IMG/VR virus record: IMGVR_UViG_3300045988_085176
Direction: 5' to 3' (one strand)
Source of the DNA: a virus
DNA length: 57,021 nucleotides
Both the position numbers and the translations under genes were made by a program. Under the pieces are notes generated by a model. The model did not search any database. It was not told where the DNA came from and saw only the letters and a list, made by a program, of their open reading frames with translations. Shown piece after piece: positions 30,764 through 38,469 of this stretch (position 1 is its first letter; every line of letters starts with the position of its first letter).

Positions 30764-32398
30764 TTAAAACGGACGCCGGAATACCTCCACCTTGTTTCCT
30801 TCAAGTTGTTGAACATACTCAGCAAACATTGCCCAAGCATCAGGAACATCATCGTGCTTATTTTTACCTGCCATTGTATACCCGCAAAGGAAATTTAACA
30901 TTCTCCTGTATTCTTTATCCTTTTTTATGACAGAGTTATCCTTAAACAAAACACGGTCTTTGATAAATGGGCTGTTGACTATGATCCGTGTCTCTTTGTT
31001 TGATGTAGTATATTTTGTTGTTATTTTTGCGATTCCCCCGGATTCTTTCACTTCTTTTTGAACTTTTTCTGCAACTTTACCACCAGCGCTGTTACTTTCA
31101 AACTGGCCCATCTGAGCCTTGTGCTGAAGTAGTTTTGACACTAATCGCGCCTCTACAACCTCCGGATTGCTATTATCGCATACCACATCTTCGCAGTAGA
31201 AGTCATTCCCATATTGATAGCAGATCGGCATGACGCAGTAATCAGTGCCCTTGTCTTTCGTATCGCACACAAACAGAATTGCATCTGGTTTTCTATCAGG
31301 AAGCTCAAAGTACCTGCGCAGCTCATCCTCGCTATACAACTGACCCTCGCGCTCGATAGGCTGGTTCATATAGAGAGCACGCCAACTTGCATCGTCCATT
31401 ACTTCGCGTTGCTCATGATAAAATGCCGTAGTAAACCCAGCGTGGTTCCCGTAGTCAAAGTTACTCTCGTCATTTTCATCTAGTGCTGGCATGACAATAA
31501 ACTCTGCCCGGTTACTTTCCCCGTAGGACTGTTCCAATCGTCCTATAACATCGTGGATTGACCATCGAGTCGCAATATGAAGCTCCTTGCAATCTCCAAT
31601 TTTCCGCTGCCGCAAATCTGTTGCGTATAGATTCCAGAGTTTATCCATTCGTTCCTTCGACAGTGCACTCTCCAGACCATCGACCAGATCATCACAATAA
31701 AGCAGATTTTCAGCTCGGACCTTACCTGCGTTTCCTGACCCAACAGACGAGAACTCCAATGTTGCAAATCGCTTTCCCTTCTTCGGGTCTGTTCCAAGAT
31801 CAATCATCATATCCTGGGCGTTGGTCTTGACCACCTTGACTACCGGAAACACATCATTCCAAAGATAATCCCCCTGCGGGTCCATAATACGAATACACTC
31901 CTCATATACTCCGCGCAAAAATGCGTTCGAATGAGATCCCCCCAGGATTGGCTTTTCTGGGTTTCTCCCTCCAAGCCAGGTCAGAAAGAACAGAGCCAAT
32001 GTGGTCTTTCCCACTCCAGGGGGAAGAGAAATCGACAGCAAGTCTAGTTCGTTATCTGCCAATCGTTGCAACGCCTTTGCAACCCTATATAACTGCTTCC
32101 GTCTGGGCAAGTAGAACCTCTTTGAAGGTTCGCGGTTCCACTCAATATACCGACAGTGTGCGTCAAAATCATACGGTGCGTCAAACAGCAGGCTCCGCTT
32201 GTTCAGTTCGAACATACGGATGCTTTTTTGTTCTGTGGCGAATTTCGCAGACAGCCGTCGCACTTCCTTGTTCCGCTCATGCGCCAGCGTAAAATCTTCT
32301 GGCTCCAGCAAACGCAAGCTATCAAAGGCGTCATTCAGTGCAGACGGGTCAGACAAGTCCCTCTGAAACGCCTTCTTTACCAACTCTTGAATTTCCAT
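30764..32398 (-). CDS. terL: Terminase large subunit
   Basis: Start MEIQELV behind AGGAGG. Walker A PPGVGKTT, Walker B LLYCDDLV. C-terminal nuclease-type acidic motifs. Confidence 0.9.
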   Translation of the reverse strand: MEIQELVKKAFQRDLSDPSALNDAFDSLRLLEPEDFTLAHERNKEVRRLSAKFATEQKSIRMFELNKRSLLFDAPYDFDAHCRYIEWNREPSKRFYLPRRKQLYRVAKALQRLADNELDLLSISLPPGVGKTTLALFFLTWLGGRNPEKPILGGSHSNAFLRGVYEECIRIMDPQGDYLWNDVFPVVKVVKTNAQDMMIDLGTDPKKGKRFATLEFSSVGSGNAGKVRAENLLYCDDLVDGLESALSKERMDKLWNLYATDLRQRKIGDCKELHIATRWSIHDVIGRLEQSYGESNRAEFIVMPALDENDESNFDYGNHAGFTTAFYHEQREVMDDASWRALYMNQPIEREGQLYSEDELRRYFELPDRKPDAILFVCDTKDKGTDYCVMPICYQYGNDFYCEDVVCDNSNPEVVEARLVSKLLQHKAQMGQFESNSAGGKVAEKVQKEVKESGGIAKITTKYTTSNKETRIIVNSPFIKDRVLFKDNSVIKKDKEYRRMLNFLCGYTMAGKNKHDDVPDAWAMFAEYVQQLEGNKVEVFRRPF

Positions 32399-32430
32399 GA
32401 AAAAAGTGCCTCCTATCCCGCAAGATAAAA

Positions 32431-32473
32431 GGCACTTGGCACTGTTCGCTCCATCTGGAGAGGCACTTGGCAC
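32431..32473 (-). promoter_or_regulatory. Doubled GTGCCAAGTGCC motif upstream of terL
   Basis: GGCACTTGGCAC at 32431-32442 and 32462-32473. The proximal copy pairs with the SD region (32404-32411 with 32430-37). Confidence 0.8.
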
Positions 32474-32485
32474 TAAACTATAGTA

Positions 32486-32737
32486 TTACTTTAGTAATTC
32501 AAAAAGTATCTCTTCATTAAAATCAGGATTTTCATGTTTTATCAATTCTACTACATCAGCAATTATTTTATTTTTTGCTTCACTATCCCAAATTGATAGC
32601 TCATTTAATATCCTGTTCCTCCAGTTGCTATTTGTGAGGTAAAAATCTTCAATCCTCATAATAAGCGCAACATATGCATTTTTAAATGGAGTACATGGTT
32701 CTTCTCTTAATCTCATCAAATTTTCCAATGTTTTCAT
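32486..32737 (-). CDS. Hypothetical protein (AT-rich gene)
   Basis: Start MKTLENL behind AGGAGG; 83 aa. Markedly AT-rich. Confidence 0.55.
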   Translation of the reverse strand: MKTLENLMRLREEPCTPFKNAYVALIMRIEDFYLTNSNWRNRILNELSIWDSEAKNKIIADVVELIKHENPDFNEEILFELLK

Positions 32738-32751
32738 AAAAAACCTCCTAT

Positions 32752-32994
32752 TTAATCCTCCGCCGGTTCTGGGTACGGCATCCAGTGAGTTACTTTTGAT
32801 CCTGCAAATCGACCAGAGACCCACCCACAGGCAAATCCGTCATCTTCCCAAACCTCATAAAAACCGTTGTGCCATCTTGCCTGTGTCTCCCACACATATC
32901 TATGCTTATCCATCCAACTTTCAATCGTGATAAGAATTGGTTCCCCGTCCGGCGGCATCCTATCGGTGCATTTGATCCAGTCCATCTTTATCAC
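32752..32994 (-). CDS. DUF551-like protein
   Basis: W.KCTDRMPPDG...THWMPYPEP pattern. A paralog-like gene is at 38176-38469. Confidence 0.6.
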   Translation of the reverse strand: MIKMDWIKCTDRMPPDGEPILITIESWMDKHRYVWETQARWHNGFYEVWEDDGFACGWVSGRFAGSKVTHWMPYPEPAED

Positions 32995-33018
32995 CCTTTT
33001 TGTTTTACACAGGATTTT

Positions 33019-33339
33019 TCACTTTACAACATCCACTGCGCCCTTCAGCATATTGGCCGCCTTACGCATAAACCTGTTTTCTTCCAGATACTCCAATCCA
33101 ATAATCGTGATCTCTGGGCAAATCGGCTCCGTAATATGCCGCTTCATGTCTCCCAGGTTCTTCGTCACAACAATTCCCTTAATGTACCCGCTGTCCTGCA
33201 TCATAATCAAAATCTGTTCCCAACGCTCACGGGTCACACCCAGTCGAAACGGGCTGATCGTCTCAACATCAAACTCCTCACAGTCAAGTGCCGCTTCCAA
33301 GTACCTCAATATCCGATATATGACCTTGAAGTTGTTCAT
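33019..33339 (-). CDS. YjcQ-family protein
   Basis: 106 aa. ...MMQDSGYIKGI...ITIIGLEYLEENRFMRKA fits the YjcQ pattern. Confidence 0.55.
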   Translation of the reverse strand: MNNFKVIYRILRYLEAALDCEEFDVETISPFRLGVTRERWEQILIMMQDSGYIKGIVVTKNLGDMKRHITEPICPEITIIGLEYLEENRFMRKAANMLKGAVDVVK

Positions 33340-33370
33340 TGTTTCGCTCCTTTTTGTCTGCGGCGGATTT

Positions 33371-33466
33371 TTAGGCCCCTCTCCTTACCAGCACATACCA
33401 CTGACTTTTGCTAATACCCATCTGCTTACAGGCGGCCTCCACTGTGATGGAGCCGTCTTTTTGCAT
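33371..33466 (-). CDS. Mini HTH ORF (excisionase/MerR-type HTH_17-like), 31 aa
   Basis: MQKDGSITVEAACKQMGISKSQWYVLVRRGA. No obvious SD. May be a truncated remnant. Confidence 0.3.
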   Translation of the reverse strand: MQKDGSITVEAACKQMGISKSQWYVLVRRGA

Positions 33467-33479
33467 TTTGAAAAATTTT

Positions 33480-34007
33480 TTAGTTTGGCACATTTGCCAT
33501 CATTCGCATTAAATCTGTCCTATCCCACAGTTTAACGCCAAGTTTGTTTGCAAGCGTCCTTCCGTTATCAGAAAAATACATATTTGTGATGACAGCACAC
33601 CGTGTCGCCTTATACATGGGTGCTCCGGCGTATACTTCCTGTACCGACTTTACCCCCACATTCTTTGCATATCTCTTGCATTGAATCGCATATCGCTCAC
33701 CATCTTTGCTTGCAAGAACATCTACGCCATAATCCCCGCTTGCTTTTGTCATCTGCACATTGGAAAAACCGTTTGCCCTCAGAAGCGCCGCTACATATCG
33801 TTCAAATTCCTCTCCGCTCATTATATCAATTTCTGACATATCTACTTGTCTGACATTTTTCCCGCTCGACACAACGCTTACAATTACAGCCGCACCGACT
33901 GCAACAAGTATCAGTATGACCCACGGATATTCAGACAACAAATATAACGGAACCCCAATAAGGATAATCAGCATTATCAAACCAGTAGTGGATTTCCTGC
34001 CCCGCAT
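33480..34007 (-). CDS. Membrane-anchored Mrr-cat-type restriction endonuclease-like protein
   Basis: Two N-terminal TMs, then EEFERYVAALLRANGF...GDYGVDVLA...YAIQCKRY (D...QxK core). Confidence 0.7.
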   Translation of the reverse strand: MRGRKSTTGLIMLIILIGVPLYLLSEYPWVILILVAVGAAVIVSVVSSGKNVRQVDMSEIDIMSGEEFERYVAALLRANGFSNVQMTKASGDYGVDVLASKDGERYAIQCKRYAKNVGVKSVQEVYAGAPMYKATRCAVITNMYFSDNGRTLANKLGVKLWDRTDLMRMMANVPN

Positions 34008-34009
34008 GA

Positions 34010-34771
34010 TTATCCCTCCCCCAAGATAGGCTCATGAACTCCCTTTACCCAATTCATATCCCCGTATTTATACATTCCCCGGTAAAGCGGCTCATTTTTG
34101 ATAATGCTCCGAACGCTCGTATTCTGAAACTTCGTTCCTTTGCGTGTCCGATAGCCAAGATCATTCAGCTTATCGGCAATCGTCAGCATCGGGGTTCCCT
34201 TCTTATGTTCCGCAAACACAAACTCCACAATGGGCCGTTCCTCTTCGTTGATAACAAGCCGCCCATTATCGACCTTGTACCCGTAGGCAGTACGACCGCC
34301 ACTATATCCGCCAGCGGCTGCCTTAATCCTTCTTCCGTTTCCCGTTCGGAGCGCAATGTTCTTTCTCTCCTGCTCCGCTACAAACAGCATCAGCGCACGG
34401 TAAATATTTGCAAAATCTCCCTCTGGGAACACCTCTTGTGTACTCAGCAGCTTAATGTTCCGCTTTTCGAGGACATATAGATAGTAGAAATACAGTTTGG
34501 TATCCCTCGCTACCCGGTCACTCTTGAACGCAATCACGGCCTCAAACGGAGGATTAGAAATGTCCTCGTCATACAATATCTTGTTTAGCTCTGGCCGTTC
34601 ATCGCTCGCCCCGCTTTCTTCGTCACAGAACCACTTAACAATGTTATACCCATTATCATTCGCATAGGCCAGTATTTTTTCCTTCTGCGCCTCAATGCCG
34701 TACTTGTCATCCGCAGCCTGAGCCTCCGTGCTTACCCGAATATACCCAATGGCGTTTTTGAACTCCATCAT
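34010..34771 (-). CDS. Serine recombinase (resolvase catalytic domain plus partial recombinase domain)
   Basis: Start MMEFKNAIGYIRVST (catalytic Ser context), VIAFKSDRVARD. 253 aa, so it lacks the large C-terminal Zn-ribbon/coiled coil. Confidence 0.75.
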   Translation of the reverse strand: MMEFKNAIGYIRVSTEAQAADDKYGIEAQKEKILAYANDNGYNIVKWFCDEESGASDERPELNKILYDEDISNPPFEAVIAFKSDRVARDTKLYFYYLYVLEKRNIKLLSTQEVFPEGDFANIYRALMLFVAEQERKNIALRTGNGRRIKAAAGGYSGGRTAYGYKVDNGRLVINEEERPIVEFVFAEHKKGTPMLTIADKLNDLGYRTRKGTKFQNTSVRSIIKNEPLYRGMYKYGDMNWVKGVHEPILGEG

Positions 34772-34798
34772 ATCTTTCACCCCTTGCTTGTTGTACTT

Positions 34799-34827
34799 AT
34801 TGTACCATTTGTTTTTGCAAATGTCAA
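34799..34827 (-). promoter_or_regulatory. Promoter of the recombinase operon
   Basis: On the - strand: TTGACA, 17-nt spacer, TACAAT. Confidence 0.65.
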
Positions 34828-35002
34828 TAAGTTTTTGCAACAAGCCTTTTTTCTGTTTTCCGTGGTGATGGGATTAACCTGCCTACCTTATTCCGGAAAA
34901 TATCCCCCTCCAGTGTACCAATAACGACCCCATTTGACCCAATCCAGGCCCACTCTCTCCTCCGCATTGCAAAAAATCTTGAAATTATTTTATATTAACT
35001 CA

Positions 35003-35031
35003 TTGACAAGTAAATACAACTATGCTATCAT
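35003..35031 (+). promoter_or_regulatory. Divergent promoter of the + strand cassette
   Basis: TTGACA, 17-nt spacer, TATCAT. Confidence 0.6.
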
Positions 35032-35083
35032 ACAATCACAGCAAGGGAAACCGCGCTGAATCTACCGGGCAGGAGGTAACGAA

Positions 35084-35215
35084 ATGGAGACTGATAGCAT
35101 GACCCAGACCGAATTAGCATCCTATCTTGAAACCCTGGCGAAGCTGGTAGAGGCTACGGCCAAGGACGCGCAGGACGCGGCCCGCATTATCCGGGAAGCC
35201 ATCCCAAAGCAGTGA
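35084..35215 (+). CDS. Small helical protein, 43 aa
   Basis: METDSMTQTELASYLETLAKLVEATAKDAQDAARIIREAIPKQ with RBS AGGAGG, followed by two hairpins. Confidence 0.45.
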   Translation: METDSMTQTELASYLETLAKLVEATAKDAQDAARIIREAIPKQ

Positions 35216-35373
35216 CAAAAAGATAGCCGCCTCACCCTGAACAAGTAAGCGGCTATCTAAGACCCAGCGGAGGCGGTTAGAGCCTGCCATCTGGCCGCCT
35301 CCACTATAACACAACCGGCAGGGAAAAGCAATAGCCGGAGGGGGCCGCCCTCCATGACAAGGAGGAAAACAGA

Positions 35374-35571
35374 ATGATTAGTATTACGATCTATCTTGAT
35401 GGAAAAACCAGTGAGTGCGGCTATAAATACGTCGTTCAACGCGATTGCATGGCTTGGACGGCCTACCGCACGGACGGCGGATTCCGCCGTTTCCTGGCTC
35501 TCTACGGCCTCAAAATCAACCCCAAATATACACAGCTCCACGATATGCGGGCCGCTGGAAATGGCCGATAA
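35374..35571 (+). CDS. Hypothetical protein
   Basis: 65 aa with RBS AAGGAGG. Confidence 0.55.
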   Translation: MISITIYLDGKTSECGYKYVVQRDCMAWTAYRTDGGFRRFLALYGLKINPKYTQLHDMRAAGNGR

Positions 35572-35594
35572 AATCGGGTGAGGAGGGAAAAACA

Positions 35595-36008
35595 ATGGAA
35601 ATGCTACACATCAGCAAAGCGGACTTTGACCGAATCGGAGCCGATTATAAAGGCGTTTATATGGACTATCACGGAACACACCCACAGCGGAAGGGCCGCC
35701 GGGTTGCTTTTCTCCCCGGCCACGGAACGACGCTTTTCACGGAAGGAATCCACTTTATCGTTGATGGCGATTGTTCGCACTTGCCCATTCTTTGCAAGGA
35801 AAACGCGGAGGAGGGCGCGGCGTACCAGTTCGGCGGCAGCGTCCTGTATGTCAAAAGAATTTACCGCATCAGCGAGGAGTACGCGAACGATAACAGCTTG
35901 CTATATCTCGATCGCGTAGAAACCAGTATAGGAGATTTTGCACTCCCTGGAAGTGACACAATCAGCACAAACAAGAACTGGAAAATTTACAACGCGGCGC
36001 GGGCTTGA
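35595..36008 (+). CDS. Hypothetical protein
   Basis: Start MEMLHISK behind GAGGAGGG; 137 aa. Confidence 0.55.
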   Translation: MEMLHISKADFDRIGADYKGVYMDYHGTHPQRKGRRVAFLPGHGTTLFTEGIHFIVDGDCSHLPILCKENAEEGAAYQFGGSVLYVKRIYRISEEYANDNSLLYLDRVETSIGDFALPGSDTISTNKNWKIYNAARA

Positions 36009-36037
36009 CCCGCCCGCCGGAGAATGGAGGAAATAAA

Positions 36038-36256
36038 ATGCTTACAGTATACGACTTGACCCGCAACCAGCTTGACGAGCTAAAAGCAATCTACCTTGAC
36101 CAGCACTTACAAGAAACTTGCGACGAGTGCGCCAGCTATGGAGAAATAACCAGCGCAAGCGAGATTGTCCCGGATTGGCTTATATTTGACACATACGCTG
36201 GGACGCTTTTCTCCCCTGGTGATTTCTTTTGCGGGGAGGAGGTGACCCCCGCTTGA
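36038..36256 (+). CDS. Hypothetical protein
   Basis: Start MLTVYDL behind GGAGG; 72 aa. Confidence 0.5.
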   Translation: MLTVYDLTRNQLDELKAIYLDQHLQETCDECASYGEITSASEIVPDWLIFDTYAGTLFSPGDFFCGEEVTPA

Positions 36257-36371
36257 TTATCCTGTTTATTTTGGCTCTTCCGATCATGATTATCTGGGAG
36301 ACGGCAAAAAAATCTTGACTGCCCCGTACGGGCGCGATACAATCAATACACAAAAATTAGGAGGTTGCGCC

Positions 36372-36560
36372 ATGAAACCCTATTACTTCCCGAACTCTGG
36401 CTATGTTGACGTTATTTTCGGGAGCCAGTCCCCCGTGTGCATGGACCGCGCAGAGGTTGACCGCCTCTCCCGCGAGGACGGCGGATGGGAAAACATCTGG
36501 GAGCAGGTCCACGAGGCCAGCGCCGCAGAAATTGAGGAATTCGGAGTATATGATAGCTGA
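36372..36560 (+). CDS. Hypothetical protein
   Basis: Start MKPYYFP behind AGGAGG; 62 aa. Confidence 0.5.
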   Translation: MKPYYFPNSGYVDVIFGSQSPVCMDRAEVDRLSREDGGWENIWEQVHEASAAEIEEFGVYDS

Positions 36561-36577
36561 TAGCATGCACACTACAA

Positions 36578-36613
36578 CCCGCCCGGGGCTTCCCTGGGGC
36601 GGGTTTTCTTTTT
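36578..36613 (+). terminator. Terminator of the + strand cassette
   Basis: CCCGCCC/GGGCGGG stem followed by TTTTCTTTTT. Confidence 0.7.
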
Positions 36614-36886
36614 CCCATGTCCCTATGCCCTCCAGTAGCTTCCCGCCGCTTGTGTGGCCTCCTACGGTCAGCAGGCGGCATTTTTGCGCCCGTGTCCAGC
36701 GGGGCAGGGGAGAGGCAAAAACACAAAACCTCCGTAAAGGCCATTTACAGGCCCATATAGCAGTTTTAATGTCTGGCGGTGTCTATATATTCCAATGCCA
36801 CAAAACTCCGTACAGAGGACCGCACAGCGCCACACAAGGCATAAAGCAACCCCGGCCCACTCCATCAGGAGAAAGCCGGGGTATTG

Positions 36887-37066
36887 TCATTTGTTACGGG
36901 CCAGCGATAGGACGGCGCAGCGCTCTTTGTCTGCGTCCCACCAGGCGCAACGGGAGCCGGGGCACAAATACATATCGTTCAAAGTGATACCACCGCTTGC
37001 TCGGCATCCACTCATAAGCAGAGGGCAAAATTTATAGTCGATAACTCCTGACGGATTTTCATCCAT
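36887..37066 (-). CDS. Small Cys-rich protein
   Basis: Start MDENPSGV behind GGAGG; 59 aa with 5 Cys. Terminator hairpin CCCCGGC/GCCGGGG follows. Confidence 0.5.
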   Translation of the reverse strand: MDENPSGVIDYKFCPLLMSGCRASGGITLNDMYLCPGSRCAWWDADKERCAVLSLARNK

Positions 37067-37140
37067 AGTCGCAGCCTCCAAATAGTCGTTTCATAGTCCT
37101 TTGACTTCCAAAAAGTTCCTGAAATAGTCGCTGATAGTCG
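37034..37140 (-). repeat. Array of six CGACTAT (one GGACTAT) direct repeats just downstream of terS
   Basis: ATAGTC(G/C) on the + strand at 37034, 37065, 37082, 37093, 37124 and 37134. Confidence 0.85.
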
Positions 37141-37141
37141 T

Positions 37142-37666
37142 TTACTCCTCCACCACTACAGACCCAGCGATCCGTTCCTCAAGCTGCTTTTGGTCGGGAG
37201 AGTCGCCGAGGGGTTGATTTGGTGTCAGGACGACCTCTTGCTGATCCTTCATGCCGAAATAGTTCTTTGCCCTAAAAATGTAAACAACGGGGTTAATTTT
37301 GCCCTCTGTGACCATTTCAGACTCAAAAGATGCAATAAATCCTTTGGCTTTTTTAATGAGGTCCATGCGCACAGAGCTGCACCCAATCCCATTTTCCCAG
37401 TTCCAAACCGTCTGCTTGATAGTCCCTAATGCCATGACCATCTTCTCAACAGTAGGCAACTGTCCTGTTTTTTGGCAGGTGTCAAAGAACTCATATAGTC
37501 GCTCTCTGCACTCTTCATCGGATTTAACAATGGGTCTATCATAGAACATCATACAGTTACCCATGCAGCGGGATATATCTTCTGCCTTTGCTCCAGATAT
37601 GACGCTTGGAAAGTTCTCTTTGCCTCCACGGCCCCTTGCCTTTACGATAGTTTTCCCTTGCTCCAT
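37142..37666 (-). CDS. terS: Terminase small subunit
   Basis: Start MEQGKTIV. YEFFDTCQKTGQLPTVEKMVMALG (HTH-like) and IFRAKNYFGMKDQQEV resemble TerS proteins. Confidence 0.7.
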   Translation of the reverse strand: MEQGKTIVKARGRGGKENFPSVISGAKAEDISRCMGNCMMFYDRPIVKSDEECRERLYEFFDTCQKTGQLPTVEKMVMALGTIKQTVWNWENGIGCSSVRMDLIKKAKGFIASFESEMVTEGKINPVVYIFRAKNYFGMKDQQEVVLTPNQPLGDSPDQKQLEERIAGSVVVEE

Positions 37667-37673
37667 AGTCGTA

Positions 37674-37988
37674 TCATTCTTGTTCAGAGTTGTCACCTTC
37701 CTTCGCAAACCCAAACCTCTCTCTCGCTCTCTTTGCCATGTTTTCACGCTGTTCGTCCGATAGTTTCTTTGGGGCGCGGACTTTAATCCACTTCTTTGGG
37801 AAAGTATATTCCCTCATTCCTTCACCACTTCTAAGTAAAGTAATTTCTTTGTGTTTTTCGGCAAGTATATCTAAACGGCGGATCAGGGCACGGTCCATCG
37901 TGTAGCAGGAGGCAAGAAGCTCTTCCTGATTGTAGTTGTAGATAGTTTCCATTTCATATTTTGTTAAGTCCAATGTTCGTTCCTCCAT
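37674..37988 (-). CDS. Hypothetical protein preceding terS
   Basis: 104-aa ORF. Its stop lies 5 nt before the terS ATG. Confidence 0.55.
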   Translation of the reverse strand: MEERTLDLTKYEMETIYNYNQEELLASCYTMDRALIRRLDILAEKHKEITLLRSGEGMREYTFPKKWIKVRAPKKLSDEQRENMAKRARERFGFAKEGDNSEQE

Positions 37989-38015
37989 TCGAGAAAGGAC
38001 ATCTTCTTGAAAATC

Positions 38016-38043
38016 ATAGTCGCCACAATGTATCTGATAGTCC
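38016..38043 (-). repeat. Second CGACTAT/GGACTAT cluster in the 5' leader of the packaging operon
   Basis: ATAGTCG at 38016-38022 and ATAGTCC at 38037-38043, with a degenerate ATAGTGT at about 38071. Confidence 0.6.
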
Positions 38044-38150
38044 CTGAGTTAGTCAGGAAGTAAAGTTTTGATAGTGTAGGAGAGATGTCTTTGAAGTAAG
38101 GCTCCCATGTAGGATTACGATATTCAATTTTACTTATATATCCCCTTTAT

Positions 38151-38179
38151 ATCATAATATAAAACCATCATTCTGTCAA
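38151..38179 (-). promoter_or_regulatory. Promoter of the packaging/late operon
   Basis: On the - strand: TTGACA, 17-nt spacer, TATGAT, within an AT-rich 135-bp gap. Confidence 0.55.
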
Positions 38180-38469
38180 GCCTCAAATGCTTTCTTTGCT
38201 AATTCCTTAATTTCTTCCGCCGTATATTTTTTTGCTTCTCCGTTCGTATCGCATCCCTCCTTCGGGCTTTCTGGCAGGGGCATCCAGTGGGTGACAGGAT
38301 ATGCCGTTTCATGCCATCCAACATCAAACATCATATCTTCGTAGGCATAAAATTCATATGCCAGTTCTTTGACTACACCATTAGAGAGCGCTACCAGGTA
38401 AAATCCTCTCTGCTGTCCTCGGAACTCCGGTTCCGGCATTCTCTCCTTGACGCTAATCCACTCGCTCAT
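38176..38469 (-). CDS. DUF551-like protein
   Basis: MSEWISVKERMPEP...VTHWMPLPESP. Confidence 0.6.
   Translation of the reverse strand: MSEWISVKERMPEPEFRGQQRGFYLVALSNGVVKELAYEFYAYEDMMFDVGWHETAYPVTHWMPLPESPKEGCDTNGEAKKYTAEEIKELAKKAFEA

Noticed and set aside
30310-30852. Three mutually overlapping ORFs (102, 164 and 87 aa) in the terL-endonuclease gap
   Set aside because: They have no SD, are Arg/Pro/Gly-rich and lie in an RNA-structure-rich region with its own promoter. The region is interpreted as non-coding RNA instead.
19530-32473. CRISPR array interpretation of the repeated GGCACTTGGCAC
   Set aside because: The repeats are only 12 nt, occur as isolated pairs tens of kb apart in intercistronic gaps, and have no spacer architecture or cas genes.
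35114-35595. - strand ORFs 35114-35314 and 35257-35595
   Set aside because: They are antisense to SD-preceded + strand genes and to leader hairpins.
34949-36861. GGCCCACTC direct repeats flanking the + strand cassette as recombinase sites
   Set aside because: A 9-nt match between two ~200-bp regions is within chance expectation. It is kept only as a note in the cassette finding.
36403-36987. 194-aa + strand ORF (and 36412-36744 -, 36668-36865 -) in the 36.6-36.9 kb gap
   Set aside because: They have no SD, are Arg/Pro-rich and overlap terminators of both flanking units. The region is treated as non-coding.
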